Source: Candidatus Saccharimonas aalborgensis (GTDB lineage: Bacteria; Patescibacteriota; Saccharimonadia; Saccharimonadales; Saccharimonadaceae). Taken from it: a stretch of 32,000 bases of DNA. The stretch covers positions 660,001-692,000 of the forward strand of contig NC_021219.1 of the NCBI RefSeq assembly GCF_000392435.1. The letters are read 5' to 3'. Below are positions 14,053-20,589 of the stretch, in pieces; positions within the stretch are counted from its first letter, which is position 1, and every line of letters begins with the position of its first letter. Made by a program: the position numbers and the translations under genes. The notes under the pieces are model-generated. The model was not told where the DNA came from. It was given only the letters and a program-made list of their open reading frames with translations, and did no database searches.

Positions 14053-14685
14053 ATGGATATTGGATATATATTTGTTGTTATTGTCGTTATCCTTGTTTCG
14101 ATGACCTTGCATGAGGCAATGCATGGTATGGTGGCGTATTGGTTGGGAGATCATACGGCTAAACTGCAGGGCCGGTTGTCGTTTAATCCGCTTGTCCACA
14201 TTGATCCTTTTTTGACTCTCTTTCTTCCGGTTATACTTGCGCTGACCGGTTTGCCTATTTTTGGTGGGGCGAAGCCAGTTCCTTTCAATCCGTATGCACT
14301 TAAGTTCAAAGAGTGGGGCTCAGCTCTAGTCGCAATAGCCGGACCTCTGACAAACTTACTCTTAGCTTTTGTGTCGTACGGGTTATTTGCAGTGGTTCAT
14401 AGCTCTGGAGATTCTTTTGTCTCATCTGTTTTTGCTACTAGTGCTATTGTTAACCTTGGTTTTTTTGCATTCAATATCCTACCTTTTCCTCCACTTGATG
14501 GATCACGTGTTGCATATGCGCTTGCTCCTGATTTCGTACGTCGAGCTATGGAACGTGTGGAGCAGTATGGACTATTCCTGGTCTTTGCTATTGTTCTTAT
14601 TGCGTCTCCAATTCTGTCTGATGTCATCATGTTCATCAGCCATTTTTTCCTAAACGCATTTTCCAAGGTATTTGTCGGGATTTAG
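14053..14685 (+). CDS. site-2 protease (peptidase M50) family membrane metalloprotease
   Basis: The HExxH motif (HEAMHGMVAY) lies in the first TM region, and the second metal-ligand motif is FNILPFPPLDGSRV (NxxPxxxLDG). Confidence 0.85.
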   Translation: MDIGYIFVVIVVILVSMTLHEAMHGMVAYWLGDHTAKLQGRLSFNPLVHIDPFLTLFLPVILALTGLPIFGGAKPVPFNPYALKFKEWGSALVAIAGPLTNLLLAFVSYGLFAVVHSSGDSFVSSVFATSAIVNLGFFAFNILPFPPLDGSRVAYALAPDFVRRAMERVEQYGLFLVFAIVLIASPILSDVIMFISHFFLNAFSKVFVGI

Positions 14686-14861
14686 AGATAGGAGTATAAT
14701 AGTGATGTCCCAGGAACCATCAAGGCGTGTATGATTTTCCTAACATCATAGATATGGGATTTCAACATTTATCACTCTCGAGGGAGTGGTGTGAGAAAAC
14801 CCACCTTGCATATATGCGGGGAATATCTAGCGCCAACGATGCTGGGACTTTTATGACTTAA

Positions 14862-14938
14862 CGGGATGTGGCGCAGCCTGGTAGCGCGCACGGCTGGGGG
14901 CCGTGAGGTCGCAAGTTCAAGTCTTGTCATCCCGACCA
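14862..14938 (+). tRNA. tRNA-Pro (anticodon GGG), CCA encoded
   Basis: The acceptor is CGGGATG/CATCCCG and the D arm is GCGC-agcctggta-GCGC. The anticodon stem is CACGG/CCGTG with loop CTGGGGG (G37). The T arm is GCAAG-TTCAAGT-CTTGT. The discriminator is A followed by CCA. Confidence 0.9.
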
Positions 14939-14978
14939 GGAATCAAATAATAAATTGGCAAAAATAATAAAGAAACAC

Positions 14979-14984
14979 TATACT
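14979..14984 (+). promoter_or_regulatory. -10 box (TATACT) 8 nt upstream of RNase P RNA
   Basis: The sequence reads cacTATACTagtcagtaGCAGTTG. Confidence 0.45.
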
Positions 14985-14992
14985 AGTCAGTA

Positions 14993-15346
14993 GCAGTTGA
15001 TTAGGCAATCGCTCGCCCTCATGGGCTAGAGGAAAGTCCGGGCAGCATAGGATACAACAGTCGCTAACGGCGACCGGGGGTGACCCTAGGGAAAGTGCCA
15101 CAGAAACGATACCGCCATCTCAAACAACAACTTGTTGCGACTGATGGTAAGGGTGAAAGGAGTGGGGTAAAAGCCCACAGTCGACCGCGGTGACGCGGAA
15201 GAGAGGTAAACCCTGTTGGCTGCAAGGTGGCTGGTACACATAGGGCTATCCGTCCGTGCCAACCGATATCCGCTTGATCCGCCTGGCAACAGACGTGGCT
15301 AGATAGATGATTGTCCTCGACAGAACCCGGCTTACAAATCAACTGC
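14993..15346 (+). ncRNA. rnpB: RNase P RNA, bacterial type A
   Basis: The universally conserved P4 strands GAGGAAAGTCCGGGC (5') and ACAGAACCCGGCTTA (3') are present. The P1 helix is GCAGTTGATT (14993-15002) pairing with AATCAACTGC (15337-15346). An internal GGTAAGGGTGAAAGG element is also present. Confidence 0.9.
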
Positions 15347-15350
15347 ATAT

Positions 15351-15379
15351 AAAAATCTCCGCATAACGCGGAGATTTTT
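15351..15379. terminator. bidirectional intrinsic terminator between rnpB and rplT
   Basis: The structure is AAAAATCTCCGC-ataac-GCGGAGATTTTT, a 12-bp stem with an A-tract on one side and a T-tract on the other. Confidence 0.8.
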
Positions 15380-15400
15380 ATAGATACCACAGAAAATGTG

Positions 15401-15745
15401 TTATTTTGAGACACTTTTCACGAGCGAAGAAAACGCTTTCGGATCATTCACTGCCAATTCGGCGAGTACCTTACGGTCTAGTTCGACTCCAGAGGCTCGC
15501 AGACTGGAAATGAGTTTACCGTATGTTGTGCCGTTTTCCCTTGCGGCGGCATTGATACGAGTAATCCATAAACTACGAATAGTTCGCTTTTTGTTGCGAC
15601 GATCTCGGTAAGCGTACTGGAGCGCACGGATAACTGCTTGTTTGGCTAGGCGAAAGCTTCGAGTACGATTATGCTGCATGCCTTTTGCGGCAGCTAGGGT
15701 ACTTTTGTGACGTGCGCGTGCTGTTACACTACGTTTTACTCTCAT
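15401..15745 (-). CDS. rplT: 50S ribosomal protein L20
   Basis: The N-terminus reads [49 protein letters not shown]. Confidence 0.95.
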   Translation of the reverse strand: MRVKRSVTARARHKSTLAAAKGMQHNRTRSFRLAKQAVIRALQYAYRDRRNKKRTIRSLWITRINAAARENGTTYGKLISSLRASGVELDRKVLAELAVNDPKAFSSLVKSVSK

Positions 15746-15749
15746 GAAA

Positions 15750-15944
15750 TCACACTCCTAGAACTCGTTTAATGTTTTTTGCCATACTACCCGATACCGT
15801 AGCAGAGGTATTAATTGTACGCTTACGCGACTTACTCTTCTTGGAGAGCATATGATTGCCGAACGCGCGTCGGCGGGTAAGTTTGCCGGTACTGGTTAGC
15901 TTGATTCGCTTAGCAGTGCCCTTATGGGTCTTTAACTTTGGCAT
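15750..15944 (-). CDS. rpmI: 50S ribosomal protein L35
   Basis: The N-terminus reads [33 protein letters not shown]. The start overlaps the infC stop (TAATG). Confidence 0.95.
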   Translation of the reverse strand: MPKLKTHKGTAKRIKLTSTGKLTRRRAFGNHMLSKKSKSRKRTINTSATVSGSMAKNIKRVLGV

Positions 15945-16450
15945 TATTTACTCCTTATTACGATGCTCAGGTTTCTACCTGCCATCAATGGTTTCTGTTC
16001 AAGTACAGCTTCATTTTCTAGTAGCTTGACCATGCGATCGATGAGTTCGTATCCCAGCTCACGGTGCGCCATTTCACGTCCTCGAAAAAAAATAAGAATT
16101 TTGACCTTGTGACCATCCGCGAGGAACTCGCGTATCTTGCGTAGCTTTATCTCGAGATCATTGGCTCCAATCTTGAGGCCAAATCTCATCTGCTTCAGCT
16201 CGCTTGCCTTATTGCTGCGTCGATTTCTTTGTTGTTCTTTCAGTCTTTGATACTGAAACTTACCCCAATCCACGACTTTCACGACGGGTGGTTCCGCATT
16301 TGGTGATATTTCGACCAGGTCGACCCCAGCCTCTTCGGCTAATCGTAGTGCTTCTGTGCGACTCATGACGCCCAGTTGCTCGCCGTTTGTTCCGATGACT
16401 CGTAACTCGGTTGCCCTAATCGCGTCGTTGATACGAATTGAAGTACTGAT
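15944..16450 (-). CDS. infC: translation initiation factor IF-3, non-AUG (AUC) start
   Basis: The track ORF starts at Met 16366, but the conserved IF-3 N-domain (IRINDAIRATELRVIGTNGEQLGV) is encoded in frame upstream. No ATG, GTG or TTG lies between the upstream TAG (16456-16454) and 16366. ATC at 16450 sits 7 nt after AGGAG (16462-16458), and ATT at 16438 is the alternative. Confidence 0.88.
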   Translation of the reverse strand: MSTSIRINDAIRATELRVIGTNGEQLGVMSRTEALRLAEEAGVDLVEISPNAEPPVVKVVDWGKFQYQRLKEQQRNRRSNKASELKQMRFGLKIGANDLEIKLRKIREFLADGHKVKILIFFRGREMAHRELGYELIDRMVKLLENEAVLEQKPLMAGRNLSIVIRSK

Positions 16451-16534
16451 TGCCTATCTCCTTTTTTTCGAGTGCTTAATACTATATAAAAAAGCTATAA
16501 CTCTGAGCTAGTGTAACAGATTGAGTTATTTCAA

Positions 16535-18049
16535 TCAAGCGCTTTGTCGATATTGTAAGGCTTCGGCAATATGGGGAATTGATACAGAACTACTACCCTC
16601 TAGGTCAGCAATTGTACGAGCAACTCTCAGTATCTTGAAATAGCCGCGAGCAGTTAGCCCCAATCGGTTTGCTGCAGTATCCAGAAATAGTTTTTCACTC
16701 TGCTTGAGTGGGACGTATCGTCTAATGTCACTAGTTGATAAGGAACTGTTGTTTTTATGACTACTGCCATATCTTTTAATCTGCACATTTCTTGCAGAAA
16801 TGATCGAAGATTGTGCTTCAGAATGTTGTTTACTTGACAACTCATCGGATAAGAGAAGCTTTTCTGTTGGTATTCGAGAAATGGGAATAATCATATCTAT
16901 TCTGTCCAAGAGCGGTCCGGATAGGCGCTTTCTATAGGCTAAAACTTGAGCTTGGGAGCAGGTACACTCGCGCGTCTGATCTCCGTAGAAGCCACAGGGG
17001 CATGGGTTCATTGTCGCAACTAGCATAAAATTTGCAGGGAAGGTTGCTTTAGCATTTGCCCTCGAGATTGAGATAACACGATCCTCAAGTGGTTGGCGGA
17101 GAGCTTCGAGGACGACGCGGCTATATTCGGGAATCTCATCGAGAAAAAGCACTCCTAGATGGGCTAGACTCACCTCGCCAGGCTTTATCTGACTACCGCC
17201 TCCAGTGATGGCCACCATGCTTGAACTATGGTGAGGGGAGCGAAAGGGACGTTCCGTGATGATATCTCCCTCTGTTAGACCAGCGAGTGCGTGCAGTTTC
17301 GTAACCAATAACTGTTCATCAACATCAAGCGTCGGCAGAAGGTTTGCTAATGCCTTTGCGAGCATCGTTTTACCGGCGCCGGGTAGCCCTGTAAACAAGA
17401 TATTATGATGGCCTGCAGCGGCGACAATAAGGGCGCGCTTGGCCTGCTCTTGCCCGTAGATATCATCCAAGAGTGGGGTCGAGGGCTCAGTGACACGACG
17501 ATGTACTTGGTGACGGTATTGTTGTAGAATCTTCTCACCCTTCAGATGGAGGTATATATCCTTGAGAGATGAAATGCCGATTACTTCGATCGAAGAGAGA
17601 AGCTGTGCCTGAGGAGCATTTTCGACAGGCAAATATATTCTTTTTGCTCCAACACGCTTAGCGGTCTCTGCAACAGTAATGGCGCATAGTATAGGACGAA
17701 TCGAGCCATCAAGTGCTAGCTCCCCTGCAAAGACATTGTTCTCGAGCTCTTTTTGTCGTATTTGACCACTTGAAGCGAGTATAGCGAGTGCGATGGGAAG
17801 ATCGTAGTGTGTTCCGTACTTGGGCAGCTCTGCTGGTGCAAGGTTCACCGTGATGCGTCGTGAAGGGTACTCCAAGAGAGAGTTTGCGATTGCACTTTTG
17901 ACACGTTCTTTTGCTTCCTCGATAGCCTTGTTAGCTAAGCCAACAATCTGTAGACTGGGGAGGCCTTTTGTGATGTCACTTTCAACTTCAATGATGTGGC
18001 CCTCAAATCCGACTGGCGCCACAGATAACACCTTACAAACATTTCCCAT
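16535..18049 (-). CDS. comM: YifB/ComM family Mg-chelatase-like AAA+ ATPase
   Basis: An N-terminal Lon-protease-like domain is followed by the Walker A FTGLPGAGKTMLAKAL, then VLFLDEIPEY (Walker B) and a C-terminal Mg-chelatase subunit ChlI-like region. I chose ATG 18049, and GTG 18067 is also possible. Confidence 0.85.
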   Translation of the reverse strand: MGNVCKVLSVAPVGFEGHIIEVESDITKGLPSLQIVGLANKAIEEAKERVKSAIANSLLEYPSRRITVNLAPAELPKYGTHYDLPIALAILASSGQIRQKELENNVFAGELALDGSIRPILCAITVAETAKRVGAKRIYLPVENAPQAQLLSSIEVIGISSLKDIYLHLKGEKILQQYRHQVHRRVTEPSTPLLDDIYGQEQAKRALIVAAAGHHNILFTGLPGAGKTMLAKALANLLPTLDVDEQLLVTKLHALAGLTEGDIITERPFRSPHHSSSMVAITGGGSQIKPGEVSLAHLGVLFLDEIPEYSRVVLEALRQPLEDRVISISRANAKATFPANFMLVATMNPCPCGFYGDQTRECTCSQAQVLAYRKRLSGPLLDRIDMIIPISRIPTEKLLLSDELSSKQHSEAQSSIISARNVQIKRYGSSHKNNSSLSTSDIRRYVPLKQSEKLFLDTAANRLGLTARGYFKILRVARTIADLEGSSSVSIPHIAEALQYRQSA

Positions 18050-18090
18050 ATGAATGTAGTAAACCACAGGTGGCGCCTATCTGTAAACTA

Positions 18091-18099
18091 TGTTAAAAT
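18091..18099 (+). promoter_or_regulatory. extended -10 (TGtTAAAAT) upstream of ssrA
   Basis: The motif taTGTTAAAAT lies 16 nt upstream of the GGGGCTGA 5' end. Confidence 0.5.
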
Positions 18100-18115
18100 T
18101 GTATCAGAAACACAT

Positions 18116-18499
18116 GGGGCTGACTAAGCTTTCGACGTGAGGACTTTAACAGGCTATTTCGGCATACCGACCTCTGACGTAATCAGAATCAATAATTGCA
18201 AACAATTTCTTTGCAAGGCTGTTTGCGCCCCTCAAGGCACAACCAGTACTCGCTTAACAACATGTTAAGCCACGCATTGCTTGATATCTACTGAAGCTAA
18301 TGTCGTGTTATATATCGTAGAATCGGTAGAAGCTGCTTTTACGACAGTTTCTATTTAAACTCTTCGTAAATCACCGTGTTTGCATCTGCGTCGTACTTTA
18401 AGCAAATAATGTGATTAAACAAAGTTGAGTATGACTATGTATGTAGATGAATAGCAAGTTACCTTGCGGACCCGGGGGCAGTGCCCGGCAGCTCCACCA
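18116..18499 (+). ncRNA. ssrA: tmRNA (SsrA); predicted tag ANNFFARLFAPLKAQPVLA
   Basis: The 5' GGGGCTG pairs with the 3' CAGCTCC, including the G3-U pair, followed by A and CCA. The conserved TTCGACG element lies near the 5' end. The tag frame runs from GCA at 18198 to TAA at 18255-18257. The T-arm is CCGGG-GGCAGTG-CCCGG. Confidence 0.9.
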
Positions 18500-18535
18500 A
18501 CGAAATATACCGACTAATTAGTCGGTATATTTCGT
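18500..18535 (+). terminator. 36-nt perfect palindrome / long hairpin immediately after ssrA
   Basis: ACGAAATATACCGACTAATTAGTCGGTATATTTCGT is followed by TTGAA. The first base is the one after the tmRNA CCA. Confidence 0.55.
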
Positions 18536-18546
18536 TTGAACTGTAA

Positions 18547-18577
18547 AAAACAAGCACCTGCGAGTAGTGCTTGTTTT
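18547..18577 (+). terminator. canonical intrinsic terminator (second, tandem) after ssrA
   Basis: The structure is AAAACAAGCAC-ctgcgagta-GTGCTTGTTTT followed by ATT. Confidence 0.7.
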
Positions 18578-19252
18578 ATTCGTGGAGTTTTTGCAAAATT
18601 TGTTTGTTTTTGGCTTCTGTATAATTTTTTTACTCAGAAGCTACCCCTATAATATGACGTCAAACCGCTCATGTCAATGTTTTTCTTGCAAAATAATGAG
18701 TAAAAAATACTACAATTATAATCACTTTTTTCTATAAAAATGTGTTGAGTCCGGTTGGCGCTATATGGAGGGTGTGCATTGCGGCTAATGGTAGGTCTGC
18801 TAATCAGCTTAAGGGCACTATTGTGACGAGACGGGCGGTCGCTCCGCGAATAGTGACTAGACGCATAAAATTTACGCCGTGATGATGAACTGCACGATTA
18901 CGTACAGCCCGTGCTTTTGTATAGAGCTTTCTCCATCGTGACCATCACGCAAAGAAAATCACGGAGCCACAAAATTGCAGTGTTTGAAGGCTTTGAGCTA
19001 GCTAACGAGTACACTGTGATGAATTATCTGAAGGTTATTCAAATGCGATTCGATACAATCATTTGCTATGCTCGATGCCAAAATTGATAGACGGGTAATG
19101 ATCAAAAGAGGGGTGTAATGTAAAAACAATTAATATAAAATATAGATATTATTACAACACAAGATTTATTCGATTTATAAATATCATAAGGTGTAAAAGA
19201 GAGAATATCTGAAAAAAAATAAAAAATTACAACGACTATTAACATATAAATA

Positions 19253-19281
19253 TTGACTTAATTTACTGTTTATGCTAATTT
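19253..19281 (+). promoter_or_regulatory. strong candidate promoter TTGACT-17 nt-(TGc)TAATTT at the end of a ~22% GC tract
   Basis: The sequence reads TTGACTtaatttactgtttaTGCTAATTT. The upstream 19141-19320 has 39 G+C in 180 nt by my count, so it is UP-element-like. Confidence 0.5.
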
Positions 19282-19352
19282 AAAGTCACGGTTTAAAAAA
19301 CAAAAACCTACAACCTTAACAATTAAAGAACCTCTTGTTATCCGGGCGATAA

Positions 19353-20108
19353 ATGAAGTTGACGGAAAAGCAGGTAACGGCACGCAGCCATCGCGGTGAT
19401 AAAACAGAGATGCTCTATCTCGCAGTTGAGCTGTTCTTATGGCGTTACCTATGCTCCGCCAATACGGTAGGTCCTCTATCTACTGGCGTTGTAGCGCGCG
19501 AAAAAAGTACTATCGCGCTTGGTCAATCCTTGGTACGCTGCTTTGAGCGTAATAGGGAAGCTACCAAGCGTGATGTGGAAACTGTCGCAAGGACCTATGC
19601 TCCACATAGTGGAGCGGTCAGTAGCCACGAGCGGTTAGTGCGGGCGACCCTAATAGTTGTTTATAAAGGTGATTCGCTTATTTTACGCACACCGCTCACG
19701 GCTCCAAACAACCTTACTCAGATAATAGTGTATGATAAATACATGCTAGCAAAAATTATTGCTACAGTAACACTATTGTCGCTTGTTATTCTCTCTGCTC
19801 TGTTTCAAGTTACATCGCCATCTAGCGTTCATCCGCTAGTAATATTGGTGGTGTTTATTTTGATATATTTGGTTGCGCTCGGAGCGCTGACATTTTTCTT
19901 ACACAGCATACAGTCCATTATCACATCCATAGGCTATTCTGGAACAAGGGTCAGTCTACGACGCTCTTATTATTTCGCTTCGGTGCTCGCACTCGCTCCT
20001 GTCATTCTTCTAGCGATGTGGTCGATAGGTAAACGAGATATCTACGGCATACTACTCGTGGCTTTATTTGAAGCGGTCGCTTGTTTCTATCTTGCAAAAC
20101 ACCGCTAA
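19353..20108 (+). CDS. hypothetical membrane protein: C-terminal 4-TM module (confident) with an uncertain 130-residue N-terminal extension
   Basis: From Met131 (ATG 19743) the sequence MLAKIIATVTLLSLVILSALF...LLVALFEAVACFYLAKHR is clearly four TM helices. The upstream 130 codons are open, have about 51% GC like other coding sequence here, and follow the 19253 promoter, but they lack an SD and any motif I recognise. The alternative start at 19743 has TATGAT 6 nt upstream. Confidence 0.5.
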   Translation: MKLTEKQVTARSHRGDKTEMLYLAVELFLWRYLCSANTVGPLSTGVVAREKSTIALGQSLVRCFERNREATKRDVETVARTYAPHSGAVSSHERLVRATLIVVYKGDSLILRTPLTAPNNLTQIIVYDKYMLAKIIATVTLLSLVILSALFQVTSPSSVHPLVILVVFILIYLVALGALTFFLHSIQSIITSIGYSGTRVSLRRSYYFASVLALAPVILLAMWSIGKRDIYGILLVALFEAVACFYLAKHR

Positions 20109-20133
20109 AGCCATACTCTTTTTATATTGTCTA

Positions 20134-20142
20134 TGGTATAAT
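20134..20142 (+). promoter_or_regulatory. extended -10 (TGgTATAAT) 9 nt upstream of ATG 20152 (leaderless or near-leaderless)
   Basis: The sequence reads ctaTGGTATAATttaacagatATG. Confidence 0.5.
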
Positions 20143-20151
20143 TTAACAGAT

Positions 20152-20589
20152 ATGGAACCAAAGCAAGCAGCGCCAACTGGTGGGTATGAGCGACCCCTTG
20201 TATCTCAAGAGGCCGCAGGGAGCCAACCTGTTTATGATGCCGAGCTGGGCTCACATGGCATGGTTGAACAGAGGGGTGAACGAAATCATGAAGGATTACC
20301 GTTATCTCCCGAAGCCCCGTCAGTGCCAGTACAAGCCATACCTTCTTTGCCGATTCCGCTGCCGGTAGTAGATGACACAGTACAGACGACAAATCTGACG
20401 GCGAATGACGACAGTGGCTTGGTCGCTGCAGATGATGACTTGATTGAGAAAGAATGGGTAGAAAAAGCCAAAAAGATACTCCTTCAAACGAAGGATGATC
20501 CCTATAAACGCGAGCAAGAAGTTAGTAAGCTCCAGATCGAATATATACGCAAGCGCTATGGGCGTACAATTAGCGATGCAGGACAGTAA
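20152..20589 (+). CDS. hypothetical protein: ~100-residue disordered P/A/E/D-rich N-terminus plus a conserved-looking basic C-terminal helix
   Basis: I trimmed the start from 20068 to ATG 20152, because the upstream part overlaps the previous gene's end and the promoter. The C-terminus reads DLIEKEWVEKAKKILLQTKDDPYKREQEVSKLQIEYIRKRYGR. The stop overlaps the start of the ATPase gene (TAATG). Confidence 0.6.
   Translation: MEPKQAAPTGGYERPLVSQEAAGSQPVYDAELGSHGMVEQRGERNHEGLPLSPEAPSVPVQAIPSLPIPLPVVDDTVQTTNLTANDDSGLVAADDDLIEKEWVEKAKKILLQTKDDPYKREQEVSKLQIEYIRKRYGRTISDAGQ

Noticed and set aside
14686-14861. Possible SRP (4.5S) RNA, because of CCAGGAACCAUCAAGGCG.
   Set aside because: It lacks the conserved helix-8 GNRA-capped motif (…GGUCCGGAAGGAAGCAGCC…). 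The similarity is limited to two short words.
15064-15414. Minus-strand ORFs of 116 aa and 67 aa (15064-15414, 15086-15289).
   Set aside because: They lie entirely antisense to the RNase P RNA gene, which is identified by its P4 and P1 elements. They have Arg/Cys/Pro-rich, non-protein-like composition, so they are spurious.
19100-19352. The AT-rich tract (~22% GC) as a replication origin (oriC/DUE), given that gyrB lies nearby.
   Set aside because: I found no TTATCCACA-type DnaA boxes (closest are TTATCCGGG at 19338 and TGTGGAAAC at 19573, each with 2 or more mismatches). There is no dnaA or dnaN in the window. The tract ends in a good promoter, so an UP-element or promoter region is the simpler reading.
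19353-19742. The idea that the first 130 codons of the 251-aa ORF are a structured RNA or long 5' leader rather than protein.
   Set aside because: I found complementary segments (AGGTAACG/CGTTACCT, CTTGGTA/TACCAAG, GAGCGGT/ACCGCTC) and a 10-nt direct repeat CCTATGCTCC. However, 7-8-bp matches are expected by chance in 400 nt. The GC (152 of 300 counted, about 51%) equals that of ordinary coding sequence here, and the frame is open for 130 codons. I kept it as CDS with an uncertain start, and it is not excluded.
20068-20151. The upstream extension of the 173-aa ORF (track start 20068).
   Set aside because: It overlaps the end of the preceding membrane-protein gene and contains the TGGTATAAT promoter. 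The sequence MKRSLVSILQNTAKAILFLYCLWYNLTD looks like read-through of intergenic DNA.
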